Shown piece by piece: positions 1 through 13,180 of a DNA stretch of 64,000 nucleotides; position 1 is the first letter of the stretch; each line of letters begins with the position of its first letter. Both the position numbers and the translations under genes were made by a program. A model generated the notes under the pieces. It searched no databases and was not told where the DNA came from. It was given only the letters and a program-made list of their open reading frames with translations. The DNA comes from Ginglymostoma cirratum (Eukaryota). The stretch is from the NCBI GenBank assembly GCA_024137785.1, contig JAHRHZ010000024.1, positions 27,130,338 to 27,194,337 of the forward strand, given 5' to 3'.

Positions 1-46
1 ATGCTGCTTGGCCTGCTGTGTTCATCCAGCTCTACACCTTGTTGTC
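1..46 (+). mobile_element. End of a Penelope-like pseudo-LTR (pLTR), truncated by the window edge
   Basis: atgctgcttggcctgctgtgttcatccagctctacaccttgtt matches the pLTR copies at 41793-41833, 59745-59785 and 60688-60730. Confidence 0.8.
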
Positions 47-909
47 TAAGGTTTAAGTTTTGCTTTTTATGTGCCTGTGCTGTTGACATTTCTTTCCCAA
101 CAAATGATTAGTTTGTCTTATGATCTAAAATCATTGTTTTTTTCTTCATTGTGGGTTTGTACATCTGGGGTGAAGTTTTAGCTTAGATTGTGGTAACTTG
201 CTTGCTGAGTTTCACATGGAAGGTGTGGGGAAAGATTCATTGGTGAAATGAGGCCACACCTGGCACAGAGGCAAGAAGTGTTACGATAAGCCAGCCCAAG
301 CCATCTTCAGCTTCAAGCCTTATCTAATCTTAAGCTCAAAGTTTCAGGAACCAAAATCAAATGGCTTTTTGCTGGAGTTAATCGTGGAGTGAAGTGGTGC
401 TGTGGGGTTTGGTGGAAGAGGGTGTGGGAGTGTACTCTATGTGAAAGCTATCTGGGATTGGCATGAGCTAGAAGTGAAAATAGGCTGGTGTTAGCCTGGT
501 TTAGCTTTGAATTAAATCATCTAGAAGTCTGAAAATCACTTGGATCCTGTCATCACTTTAAGAGGTTTCTGGGGGTGAAGAATAAACAGCAGCTGAACAC
601 TTTAACTTGAGAGTCCCAGAGAATGTTCGTCCAAACTGTACAGCTGTATCCACCATGCTCCTTCCAAAACCAAATATTTCCCAATTAATTTTAGAGAAGC
701 TACTTGTGGATCATGGGTTAAGTTGCTTGGTACCAGGTGAAGCTGCTCTGAGTGCCTATCTTGCTTATTTGTGTGTTAAGATGATGATCAGTGATCTACA
801 ATTCATGCAGGACCCTAATTTGCAAACTTAGACAAGGTCCTGCTTATCTTTGAGTGGGAGGGCTGTGTCCCCAGTTAAGGGACTGCCTAAAAGTTGCATC
901 AGAAGGCTT

Positions 910-1020
910 TCTTGTAGAACAGTGGTAGCTCCCTATCCCTGGACTTGGAGGCCCACGTTCAAGTCCCACCTGTTCCAGAGGTGTATAATAGCATCTTTGA
1001 ATAGGTTGATTAGAAAAATT
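910..1020 (+). mobile_element. tRNA-derived SINE head fragment
   Basis: A-box-like tagaacagtggtag and B-box-like gttcaagtcc at tRNA-like spacing. Confidence 0.5.
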
Positions 1021-2291
1021 GGTTGAATAAAGATTTTAAAGAATCTCCAGCATCACCTTTATGGTTTGCATTGCCCTTGACAGGCTTTGCACATAAATTA
1101 AACAACTGGAAACATAGGTGATTGCTTAAAAAAAAAAAGAGAAAATTGCATCAGGTACACTTCTAAGATCACCAAGGGTGACAAAGATACAAACCCAATT
1201 TTTGTCTGTCCATCACTGATTTTTCAAATTATAAGTAATGGTTAAAAATTGGGTCCACAATGCCCATTGAAGTTCCTGTGAATTTGAGTGTGCACACTAT
1301 GAAATGTTTAGGCTGTTTCATGCATGCAACTTTTATCTGCGGAAACTAATTTCTAAATAGAACGTTGTTTACAAGTGCAAAAGTATTAAAAGAAACTGCA
1401 AAACACAATTCTACCTATAAATAACAATAGAAGGAATCTTCCATCCTGATTTGCTATTTTTTTTAGCACTTGTCATTTGTCTAATTTTAGCTTTGTAAAG
1501 TAACCTGATTAGTATGAGGATCCCAAATATCCCTTAACCTCATTCAGCTTTTTCTTAAAAACGCTCTTTGTCTACATCTCAATATCTATTTTGGACATGG
1601 GAGCAACTAAGGAGCAACTAGGAACACGTTCCTACAAAAATACGAATATTACTTGAATTTTTCTTTCTGATTGAAGTTTGCAACAATACCCCCACAATTT
1701 GCACATGAGACGCAAGACTGAATTTTTAAGTGATTCCCCAGGCTCCCTGTTTCTGGCATAGTCTCCTAGATTGTTATGGTATTTTGAGCTCAAAAATCCC
1801 CTAAACTGAATTTCCATCCAGCTATATTTTACAGGACAGGTGTCATATTTCAACTATCTACTCAAGACCAAAAGGTAGATTTAAATGAGTTGAACTGTGA
1901 AAGACAATTAATAGCAGCTCATTATTTTTGTCGATAACCTGTTGTCAGAATTGATGAAAGAAATCTGCCATGAATCGATACTCCTGCTTCTCTCTCTCTT
2001 CACAGATGCTACCTGATCTGTCGTGTATCTCCAGCATTCCCATGTTACTTCAAATTTCTCGCTTCATAATAATATGATTAACTTACTTTTTCTTATTACA
2101 ACACCCAATGACTTCTTCAGAATTTATACTTCTGCAACCTGACCTAGAACTGTATTCCTCGTGTTGATCAGATCCCAGAAGTCAGTTTTAATGTTTATTT
2201 TCTCTAATTTGAATCTGAACATGCTGTTATAATTAATATTGAAGTAATGTTCTAAATATTCATATTCTGTAAAGTTTGTCATCTTACATAC

Positions 2292-2509
2292 TGAAATAGC
2301 TCCATGAAGGCCAATATCCCTATGAAGGCACCCTACATTTACGTGTGCATAATACATGACACTGACCCAGCTAGCTCCTAGCCAGTTCCTCGAATTAACA
2401 GAACCCTGACCCTCCTGTTTATACTTGACAGCCAGATATCCTTGATTAGACCAATCAGGGAACTCATATTCGGTGAGGTCCACCTCGCAGACTTGTTCCA
2501 ATCACTACA
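2292..2509 (-). mobile_element. Short solo LTR (218 bp) with 5-bp target-site duplication
   Basis: Begins TG (2292) and ends CA (2509); CATAC flanks both sides (2287-2291, 2510-2514); related copies at 22513-22735 and 61918-62070. Confidence 0.8.
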
Positions 2510-3519
2510 CATACCTCCAAAGGAAAAGGGAATAAATCGTATTCATATAGCACTTTTCACAATCAAAATTCTTTTTAACCCAGTTAAGTACTTAGGAGGT
2601 GTCATTGCTATTGTAACTGTAGCTAATTCGCACATGGGGAGCTCCAATAAAAATGTATGAAATTATGACCACAGCATCTGTCTTTAGACTTCTGTATCTT
2701 AGAGGTCACACGGTCCTTTCACAATTGTCATCATTTAATTCTTTCCAGTTATCCCTCAAACTTTGTATAAGTATCATGGATATTTTCTGTCGCTTGTATA
2801 GTTTTGGCAAAGACCCATTGAACAGATTGATTCAGCCTGGGTGAACATTGAGAGGTTCCTAGATAGACCTGATTTAACTTTTTTGTCTGCAAAACTAACT
2901 TAGACCTTTATTGAGTGTTAATCTGTGCTTATTTCAGAAGCAAGATACTTAGAACTTCGATAAATCAAGAAAGCCTATTTTCATTATCTTTCATGTAAAT
3001 AACTTAAACATAACTTTATTGAATGAGGAAGTCACTCTGTCCCTCATATCTGTGGCTGTTCTTGCAAAGAGCCGCCTGTTGGTCACATCCGCCTATTTTT
3101 TCCTCCATACTCTTGCAATCATTTTTGTTTTAAAATCGAGATCCAATACCCTTTTGATTATACAATCTCTAGTCTTTTCAGTGAAGGCATTCTAGATTAT
3201 CACACCTCACTGAGGAAAGTTCTCCATCTAGTTGTACACGTGAACATTTCTCTGCACTGGCCATCATGTTGTATGCGATTGCCTGCACTATTGCTCATAA
3301 TGTGATAGGTTCACTGCCACCATCTTCTCTTAAGGAAAGGCTCTGTGATGCTATTAGATCTGATGTGCCAAAGGTAAACCATTTGCCAATCTAATAAGAA
3401 GTTAATAAGGTCAGATATGATTTGGCAAAAGTGGACTGAGTGCAGATACTTTTAGATAAGTTTGTGTCAGAACAGAACAGTCAGAACAACATTCAAGAAG
3501 GAAATAGAGAGAGAACAGG

Positions 3520-3880
3520 GTTTGTGGTTTATATTAATGATGTAGACTTGAATGTAAGAGAGTTAATCAGTAAGTTTGTTGATGATACAAAAGTTAGTGG
3601 AGTTGTAAATCTTGAGGATGATCGCCTTTGACTGCGGGAGGTTATAGACATGCTGGTTCACTTATTTGAAACAGAGATGAGGAGGAATTTCTATTTTTCT
3701 GTTATTTGCTACAGAAGGCAATAGACACTGTATCAACAAAAATATCCAATGGTGAAATAGGTGAAAAGGCAGGAAAAGTGGATTTGAGAATTATCAGACC
3801 CGCCATGATATCATTGAACTGTGGACCAGACTCTCCAGGTTAAATTATCTAATTCTGCTCCTGTGTTTTATGATCTTATA
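3520..3880 (+). mobile_element. CR1 LINE fragment (RT motif and 3' tail)
   Basis: Translates to VYINDVDLNVRELISKFVDDTKVSGVV, a decayed form of the CR1 'FINDLD..SKFADDTK' motif, followed by a CR1-type tail ending ctgctcctgtgttttatgatcttat. Confidence 0.8.
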
Positions 3881-4199
3881 GTTGTAAATTTCCATCTTGT
3901 TTACATGTTGAAACAAGCTCCTTAACCAACATAATTTGTCTCAATTGATTTTGTCTTCAGTTTGGGTTCCAACATGAGTCCGGGGAACCTATAAAATCTT
4001 CTGTCTTTATTTTGACCAATGGTTTCACAGTTTTCTGTTCCTTAACCAAACATTCCTTGATCAAGTGTTCCATGTCTGACTGTTCTTGGATCTTTTTTCT
4101 CTTCATTATATGTTTTATACTTCATTAGCCACTTTGTGGATGACTATTTGATTTCATGCTTTTCTGTGACTGTGTCCTATTTTAGGATACCTTATGGAA

Positions 4200-4737
4200 G
4201 TTATCTATGGCAATACAGACAAAGTATGTTTTATTTTCTTTTAATCACAATAAAAGCAGCCTGAATGGGTGGGGTCAAACTCCCACAGAACTAGAACTTT
4301 TAGTTTAGCTTTCTGTAGCTGTTAGAATTGTGAAAGCTGCTGCATTTCTCTCTTTCTGTCTTTGATATAGTTGAAAGTTTGGGTTCTCTTCCTGCTTCCA
4401 GAATTGCATGTTAGACAATTCATGTTACTGAATTTGCCTTTGCCAAGGGTGTGCTTATGGGATGCTACTATATTGGAGCAGTTAATGAGTCATTTATTAT
4501 TTTGTTAAGCATTTCGAAAGAGTTACAATTGAGCCAGTTTTTTTAATGTTACCTGCATTTTGTCTGTGTTTTAACTATAGTGTATGAATAAAGTATGTTT
4601 TGCTTCATGTCTGATAGGTTGATCAATCAAATTGCATCTGGAACACAATGCCTGGCACTTGCCTTTACAACAAGAAAAAGTTAGGATCCAGGCTATCTCC
4701 TTGATATGTTTTGAGGGGTTTGGTCTGACCCATAACA
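4200..4737 (+). mobile_element. Probable solo LTR
   Basis: AATAAA at ~4587 followed ~150 bp later by an LTR-like end ...ggtctgacccataaCA; 5' boundary uncertain. Confidence 0.4.
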
Positions 4738-6011
4738 CTTCACCTTGGACACTGTTTGTGTATAATTGCCTTTTGACTATAATAAATCTGACAAAGATTC
4801 ACCAACAACATCAAATAACATTTCTAACTCTATGAACTCTGACTTACAATCACTATATTCACATCTCTCCATTAATCTGGCGAAATTACTAATTATATCA
4901 TTTATTGATTCCCTGGATGCTGAATTCTGCTACTACATCTTGTTTAATCAAGAATTGTATTTGTTTTGAGGATGAAGTAATTGTCAAAGGCTTTTAGTAC
5001 TTCTTTAAAAAATCATCTGTTGCTTATTTTACATCCTGGCAAGCTATAACATGAGAAGCTGTACTCCCAATTATGGTTGAACTGCATTAACTTGTTGAAC
5101 TTCAGTTTTAATATCTTTAATGGAAACTGTCCTGTATCTTTAGAATTGACTTTATTCCAAGTTTTCAACTCTGTACCCTATTTAGCTGCTCTACAAAGTA
5201 AAATGTACCTTGTAGTATCTGGTATTTCTGTTGCTATGTCAGCCTCATGTGGTTATTTATTTTCTTTCCTTAAAAGGCTTTTAATTTTGCTGTGACACTG
5301 TTGATCTGCATTGCTACTGAAAGGTTTTCCTATGTCTTGCAGTCAAAATGGAGGAATCCTGATTTATGTGGTTAAAATAGAGGACTCCAGTCTTTCATGG
5401 GTAAAATAGTGGATTCCTGCATTTTGCAGCAAAATTTCCATCATTTTGTAGTAGAATCTCACTTTTTTCAGCCTAAATAAATGATTCCCATTTTCTTAAT
5501 GGCTTTACTAAGTGAATTCCATATCCTGAGGCTTTAATTGTGATATCTGCTTTCATTGCAACATTTTCTGAGTAATACTTTTGGTCAGCAGCTCCAAGAA
5601 TAATCTGTCTCCTTCATGATATTTTGCTGGGCAATTACCACTGTTTACAGTTTCAATAAATGATTTACATATTTAATGTTGTCTTAAGTAAGGATCAATG
5701 TCTTTTCCAAATTTTACAATTTAACATCATTTATTTTAGAGTTTGGATTTTGAATGAGTGGCATGTGCATTTTATTCTGCATGCATGTAAGAATTAATTA
5801 ATTTGTCAGTATTTCTCGAGTCATGATTTTTTTTAAAACCAACATGAGAAAGAGATTTCCTCAGGTGATCATGGGAATTTGTTTTCATTGTGGGGATGTT
5901 ACAAGTGGAGAGAGCAACCATTGAAGAGTAATAGCTTACTTTCAGATAGAAGCATCAGGAAATGCTTTTATTGTTTAAGAATAGAATGTCCTTGATTTTG
6001 CAACCTCAGTT

Positions 6012-6570
6012 TAGAAACATAGGAAGAAAGAGACAAAGAGCAGGCATTGGCCATTCAGCCATTTAAACCTGCTCTGCCAGTCACTATGATTATGGACAAT
6101 CCTGTATATCTATGCCATATTCTTCCCTTCTCTTGCTACTCCTTAATGCCTTAATATCAAAAGACTTATTAACCTTTCTCTTGAATATGCTATGACTCCA
6201 CAGTCTTCTGTGGTAGCAAATTCCACAGGTACACCACCTCTGAGTGAAGAAATATTTCCTGTTCTCAGCCCTAAATAACCTAAGCCATATCCTGAGATTG
6301 TGACCACTGTTTTCAAACTCCCCAACTGGGGGAAACATCTCCTTGCATCTAGTCCGCTCAGCACCACTGCTCTTGTTCTTTTAAATTCTACTCAATAAAG
6401 GCTCAGTTGAACCAATCTCTTCTCATCAAACATTCGTGCCATCCTCAACATCAGCCTCGTGAACCTTCACAGCACTACCTTTATGACAAGTATATCCTCA
6501 CTTTGGTATGGAGACTAACACTGCTCAAAATACTCCAGGACCTACCAAGGCCATGTATAATAGCAGTAAG
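6012..6570 (-). mobile_element. CR1 LINE 3' end (ORF2 C-terminus and 3'UTR)
   Basis: Minus-strand ORF MFPPVGEFENSGHNLRIWLRLFRAENRKYFFTQR resembles the CR1 ORF2 C-terminus 'TRGH.L...FRTEMRRNFFTQRVV'; appears to continue beyond the SINE to ~7030. Confidence 0.8.
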
Positions 6571-6576
6571 CCCGTC

Positions 6577-6935
6577 AGGGGAGAAGGAACAGCCTAATGA
6601 TATTATCACTGGACTGTTAATCCAGATACACAGCTCATGTTTTGGGAGCCTGGGTTTGAATCCCTTTACAGCAGTTGGTGGAATTTGAATTCAATAAAAA
6701 CCTAGAGTTAAGAGTCTAATGACAACGGTATACCTGTTGTTGTTTGTCAGAAAAATCCATTTGGTTCACGAATGTCCTTTACAGAAGGAAACTGCCATCC
6801 TTACCTGGTCTGGCCTACACGTGACTCTAGACCCACAGCAATGTGGTTGACTATTACCTGCCAACTTGGCATTTAGGGTTGGGCAATAAATGTTAGTCTA
6901 GCCAATGATGCCTTCATTGTGAATGAATAGAAAAA
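6577..6935 (+). mobile_element. tRNA-derived SINE (second shark family, LINE-derived tail) inserted in CR1
   Basis: B-box gggtttgaatccc, core cttacctggtctggcctacacgtgact, tail gggcaataaatg...gaatgaat; homologous to 38068-38425. Confidence 0.8.
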
Positions 6936-8319
6936 GACCTCCCTACTGCTAAACACAAATCCTCTTGCCATAAAGGCAAGCATACAATTTACCTTCCTAA
7001 TTGCTTGCTGCACCTATCTGCCTACTTTACTTGACCAATTTTCAAATCCCTTTGTACATTAAAGGCTGTTGCAACCTTTGACTTCCCTGCCTATAGCCAT
7101 GGTTCACAGTGTTAGTTCGCTGTGGTGGCAACACTTGACCTGAAATCCAATTTCTTTTCATCATGTCTAGCTTTCCTGGCATCTAATTCTGTGCCAATTT
7201 TAAAAGTTTTCCCTTGATCACCAGGAATTTTAACTTTACTCATGGAACTCTAATGTCCATTCAGTCTCTAGCTGAAACCTGACTTGGAACTGCCTCTTAC
7301 AGGTCACCTGCATTCGATGCATTCAGTAACTTCCTTGAAATGGCAAATCCTCCAGCTCCCGGATTTCTGAACACTGTCCTGCTGCTTATCTCTTACAAGA
7401 TCTGAAATGCTTTTACCATGGACTCCAGAGTCTGCCCTGTCAAATCCTTCCTCAATGGTTTCTTCCTTAGTATTCTTAAATGTCCAGCTCTTCCTCCGCT
7501 GACTGTTTTCATGAGCAGGAATTTTTTAAAGCTGTGTCTGAAAAAATTTTCAAACCTCCATTGTTATCAGCATATGACAGCAGGCAGCTAATGTAAATCC
7601 ATACCACTGATCACCGTGTTATATGAACGATCTTTGCTGCTGGCTATTGTATTATGTAAAGCCTCACCGGGGGTATGTTTGGTACCATAATCTTCCAGTC
7701 ACTACAGGATAATACTGGCAGCAGCAGGATGAAGCCTTTAAGTGGGCATTAATTACCTACTTACAGCTTCAATAGGTGACAGAATGGGAAGGACAACATG
7801 GACTTTCCAGATGCTGATTCTAATTCCATGCGATGTGATGTCCCAACAACAGTAGTTCCCTTTGCATATGCTCAGCTATTCCCTGAGTAAAGGTAAAATT
7901 CCCTTTACTCTAGTTCAATGATTTCTGTTCCATTGATGCCAGACCCTCCGTCATGGTCAATTCCAAAGATGGCCAGCATTGTCACATCCTTGGGTTTAAT
8001 GAGATTCAGCAGAACCTTATTCCCACCATTTAGTATTGCTGCATCTGATTATGTGCAAACTTGTCTCCTAGTGAGTGTCATGCAACATGTTTAGGTGACA
8101 TGGGTGTCATAGTTGAATTGCTGGTAGTCTGTGCAAGCTGTATCATGTGGGTGCATGGTTTGCAGCAGTGCGATGCGTATGGGATTTGATGTGAAGTTAT
8201 GAATGTTATCTATGAGTCAAGATTTATTGTTGGTCAGTGAGTGATAGGGGTGTGGTGAATTGGGCAGTGGCTGAGGATAATGATGCAGTTAGTGTGGTAT
8301 GATATCTGAAGATGCATTC

Positions 8320-8530
8320 ACCGACATGTCTAAGTTTATTGAACCTTTTGCAGCCTGCATTCTGAGCTTTGGGAATATGCTCCTGACATTACACTCCATG
8401 GTTATATGATCCCACTGCCTTTGTAATGTTAGTCTAAAGTGCCCTTTATGCTCCGTGGTTAGATGACATCAGTTCCCTTCTCCACCTCCAATGCAGTTTT
8501 AGAAAATTTTGAAACCATTCTGTACTGTGT
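8320..8530 (-). mobile_element. Harbinger/PIF transposon remnant, Myb/SANT-like ORF
   Basis: Minus strand, across frameshifts, gives 'SKFSKTALEVEK..DVI' and 'RQWDHITMECNVRSIFPK', resembling the Harbinger Myb protein 'PRFSDAALE..E.RRDVL..RQWEQVA.EVNARS'. Confidence 0.55.
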
Positions 8531-9544
8531 TACGTATCCTTGAGCCTATCGAATGTCAAAGTCAATTCTAGGTATGACGTACAGCAGATGTTATTGCTAC
8601 AGCACACCTCCACTTTAGATGGTGCAGGCTGGCTTTAAATAGTCCCTGAACTGGTGCTAGTACCTGAATCTGCAGCCCCTATTGAATGGAACCTACAGCT
8701 GCTCGTATGTGCGTGAAGCAAATTTGCAACCTATGGTCAATTACAGTAGTAGGTAACTATGCTGCCTATATTAAAAGTAGCATGTTTGAGTTAATGCAGC
8801 ATTAAAGTTCTCACACCCATTTTCTGAGCTGTGGAATTGCAAGGTTGTTACATCTTCACATTAAATATCTACAGCAAGACAAAATGAAAATAAGTGCAGT
8901 CGATTCACAACACAGCAGGGGTATCACTGATTTGGTTAGCTCTACTTTGAAAGGAACAAACTGCTGGGGGTCCAGAGTACTTGTCTATTTCAGCCAATAG
9001 GCCACTTTTAATATGCGATTTATTTTTTTTCCTTTTTTTTTCTGGGGTAGAAGTTCAGTGTAAACAGATCTCATTTAATTACCCTGCCACAGAGGAGACT
9101 GCTGCCCTGATTTTGTGCTAAAATTGGATGGAGGGAGAATTGTTACTCATTGGCATTTCTTTTCCTCATTAGAATAGTACATTCATTGAATTCCCGTTCT
9201 TTAGGGAGATACATTCCAATAAAGTACGACCCAAAGTATTTGTATTATAGTGTTGACATCCTCACTCCAATCTGAGCTCCTTTTGAGAGCTGTTCATTGC
9301 AGGTAACAGAGATCAGTGAATTTATTGCTACTGTTTCAATTTTTAATGAGAGAGGAACTGACATTTAAACGATGCCTTATAAAGTCCCTTAAAAACATTC
9401 TGTGGTAGTTTATATTCAATAAATTGCACTCAAATATGGTATGGCAGCAACTGTGCACAACAAAAGGTCTAACCAATGACAAGGTGAGTGACCAGTTTGC
9501 TTGCATTGATCATGTCTGTTATGAGTGTGTAAAAATACAAGTGT

Positions 9545-9990
9545 AGCCTTGACTCAGTTTTATCATGGTTTGCGTCTCTCTCAAATCCACACTACGAAAT
9601 ATAAGAACACAAAGTTTCACATTTAAAAGTTCAGGGTGGTTTTGAGGGAGTTCTGGACTGTATCATCTCATAGTGAGACGTTGTACAAAAGTTCAGTCTT
9701 CCATTTCAAATGGAGATGAAGTATCCACCGACATTTTGGAAAAGACCAGAGAATATCTCCCAGACTTTCTGTTGAATATTTATCACTCAAACAACAGCAC
9801 TGAGAAAAAAGAATCCCATCATCTAGTCATGATGACAGTATTGTTTGTTGGAACTTGCTGTGTGCAAATTACTGCTGCAAGTCTTACTTTCCTACTGTGA
9901 CTGTACTTTGCTCGTACATAACTGGCTGCAATAGCTTTGGGATGCCCTGAGCTTGTGGAACATACTATCAAAATTCAATTCTTCCCCTAT
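9545..9990 (+). mobile_element. DeuSINE (SacSINE1/AmnSINE1-like), degraded
   Basis: Deu-domain-like core (gagggagttctggactgt...ttgtttgttggaacttgctgtgtgcaaatt) and tail gctttgggatgccctgag; homologous to 37213-37650. Confidence 0.6.
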
Positions 9991-10709
9991 TTTAATGAGA
10001 ACCAATTACATGAATCAATCTTGCTTCAACATCTCCACAAATGTACCAACCCCTAAGTGATGCACCATGGTGGCACGCGAGATGATGTGCGCACATCCCA
10101 GCACTTGACTCGAGCTCTCTGACTTTTCTGCTTGAGAGCGGTTGGAATTGCCAACTCTTTCCTCAGCTTCCGATACTGTTTCTTTGTAGCTTAACCCAAG
10201 CTCTAAGATCAGCAGCTTATTTAACAATAAGCAACATTGTAACCTTCCAGGTTCAGCAATTTTAGATCAGAATCATTGCTCCTATTTCCTTTGGAAACCA
10301 GCGCCAGTAAGGTTTTTATTTTAACCATTTACACCTCCCCAACAGCCACTTATGTTTCTTAGTTTGTTTCATTCGCACCCCTTTTACCTCATACCATCAT
10401 CGTTTTTGTCATTCAACTCAGTGACCTCCACCGTAGCACAGATCTTCCCTTTCTTTTTTCCTTCATTATACCACACGCCTTTGGCTTGCATAGCACACTA
10501 TTCAGTTCACGATATTTCTTACCGAGCTTAATTGTTCTGCATTTATTATTTTAAATATAGTGGGTGGAATATTCATAACTGTGCCCTCCCATTTAGGATG
10601 CTATGGATGCCAGGTTTGGGTGAGCAGGCAAGCAGCGGGCTAGTTTTTATGCCCACCTCTCCATGTCAAAAATACAGCAGGCAGGAATATACAAAAATAA
10701 GCTACGTTT

Positions 10710-11054
10710 CATAGAATCCATACTGTGCAGAAAAAAGGCTATTCAGCCCATCAAGTCTGCAGCAACCCTCTGAAAAGCAGACCTTCCCACCCTATCCCAA
10801 TAACCCCGCATCTTTACCGAGGCTAATTCACCTAGCCTGCACATTCCTAGTCGCTACAGACAGTTTAGCATATCCAATCCACCTAATGTGCACATTTGGA
10901 CTATGGGAAGAAACTGGAATACCCAGTAGAAACCCACACAGACATGGGGAGAACATACAAACTCCACACAGATAGTCACCCAAGGCTGGAATTGAATTAA
11001 GGTCCCTAGCGCTGTGAAGCAGCAGTTCTAACCACCTGAGCCACTGTGCTGTCC
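10710..11054 (-). mobile_element. HE1-type shark SINE
   Basis: Reverse complement of the HE1 pattern ggtggctcagtggttag...tgtgtggagtttg...ggattctatg. Confidence 0.9.
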
Positions 11055-11784
11055 TACATTGTAGCAATCAATGCTGTTCAATAGTATGCTTTAGAATATC
11101 TTGAAGTTGTGAAAGGTGCTTTAAGCAGGTCTTCCTTCATATGTTGTATCACTGTCAGTCAGAAGAACCTAGTCAATGTTCCTAACTCATAGCCCTGAAC
11201 ACCTCTAATGACATCACAGTATGGTTCTACTACATTAGTAACTACTGAAGAACACCCTGTAATTGCTGGTCCTGACATCTGCTGGAAGAATTTACTTAAC
11301 CATCAGCAGGGAGCTTGGCAAAGTATTATTTAATCCCTCAGTAACGGCAGGTTAAACTTTTATTCTAATACTACATGAAAATAGAATGACACACAATTGC
11401 TTCATCTTATCACAAAAATGGGAGGCAAATGGAGATACTGGCACTATTTTGTGTGAGGTCAACATCTACAAGGATTGCAGACACATCAATGAGAAGAAAA
11501 TCAGAGATGGCGAAATGTAAAGAAGTACAAGGCAAAAGGAAATGTCACCAATTTTCAGGTATGATGCACTTGAACACAAAAGGAGGAATGACAGACAATT
11601 CCTCTTCATCTGCTTCTGCATCTCTCAACATAGCATTCTCCACATCTACTTTAAGAGGTTAGCAAGTATTCTTTCTTTAAAATTGTTTTTGTGACTCAAA
11701 TCAATACCGTTTCCTTAAGAAACTTAATTCAAGGAAGATAAAGATGCTGGTTGAAGAATGGTGAGCCTTAAAGGAATGAAAGAA

Positions 11785-12060
11785 TGAACTTTCATTTATA
11801 CAACTCCTTTGTCTACCTTAGGTTGCAAAGTAATTCATGGCTAATGAAATATTTTTGAAGTCGAACTGTGCAAAGTCTGACAAACAGCAAAACTGTCATG
11901 ATTAAATAATTTCTTTTACTAGTCTTGATTAGGGAATAAATATTGCTCGAAGCATTGACAATAATTCAGTGACCTATTTTACCTATGCCCAAGAGAGCAG
12001 ATGCTACATCTGAAAGCTAGCACAAGCACTTGCTTAATACTAGCAGTGTAAGTGTTAGCT
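11785..12060 (-). mobile_element. DeuSINE fragment
   Basis: Reverse-complement similarity to the 3' half of 37213-37650. Confidence 0.5.
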
Positions 12061-12829
12061 GTCGTGTGCTATGAAGATTGTGGTTGGGTAGATTACTATC
12101 AGCAGTTCCCTTTTTTTTAAAGGTTTTTGAATCAACCGAGATGCTATGACACCCCTCTGGAGCAGATGGAGCTTGAACCAAGTTTATCTCCTCCACTGCC
12201 ACAAGAGTCCCCCAAAATCGCAAACCATTCAATCCAACACTTTCCCACTCTTGATGTTTGGCCAAGATTCAAACTCAGGATCCCCTAGGAGATTACCTGG
12301 GTCTTTGGATTAATCTAGTTATAATATCATGAGGCCATAACCTCCCAACTTTAATTTTCTACGCTGAGCCTAAGAACCTATCACTTAGGAATGGCAGACA
12401 ATAAGCAAATATTAAGTCTTAATGGGAAGAGGCATTTGTCTTCCACAACAGGATGTAGATTATTGCTTGATAGTAATAGATACAATTTACGCTGACAAGT
12501 TTGGCACAATTACAAAGACTGTCAGGAGCCAGCGAGGTCACATCAGCCTCCATCAGGGCCTTATGTTGCACCTCTTTTCCACTGAAAGATTATGTGATTT
12601 CATCAGATTGGATGAAGCTGAGTGTATCTTCATCATTAACTCTTCCAGAACCTTATAAAACACAAGCCTAGGTTGTTGACTTGAACTGTCTGGAAAGGAA
12701 CTTCAATTCTACAGAGAGAAGTGTGACTTTATTTTTAGTTTGTTCACAGATGTGGACTGTCATGTGCAGCACCATAATGTATTGCCCACTCTAGCGTCCT
12801 TAAACTTAGTGTTCTGTTTTATCTTTCCT

Positions 12830-13180
12830 GGAGTCTGGAATATGTTGCTGGCTAATCCAGCATGTACTTCCCATTCCAAGCTGTTCTTGCAGTTTGCGAG
12901 TCTGTTTCAGTGAGCAGTTGAGAATGGACCTGGAGTCATATGCCAGACCAGATAGAAAGGCAAATTCCTTTCCATAAAGGCATTTGTAAACAACATGGGT
13001 TTTTACACCAGTTGATTAGTCTTTGATTGTCATTGCCGATGCTCAGTTTATATTTCGTCATTTTCTATTAAATGTATTTTAAATGTTTGAACTGCCATGA
13101 TGGGCTTTGAACTCAAGACTCCAGATCATTATTTCAGGCATTTAGATTGAGTCTAATGACTTAAACACTATGCTACTGTC
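12830..13180 (-). mobile_element. tRNA-derived SINE (second family), degraded
   Basis: Reverse-complement similarity to 38068-38425 (ctggagtcatatgccagacca; ctgccatgatgggctttgaactc). Confidence 0.6.

Noticed and set aside
1600-1625. Short tandem ggagcaacta x2
   Set aside because: Ordinary slippage duplication with no further structure
11429-11662. ORF whose antisense reads LLKVDVENAMLRDAEADEEELSVIPP, a possible exon
   Set aside because: Short, hits a stop, no clear splice pair and no family recognised
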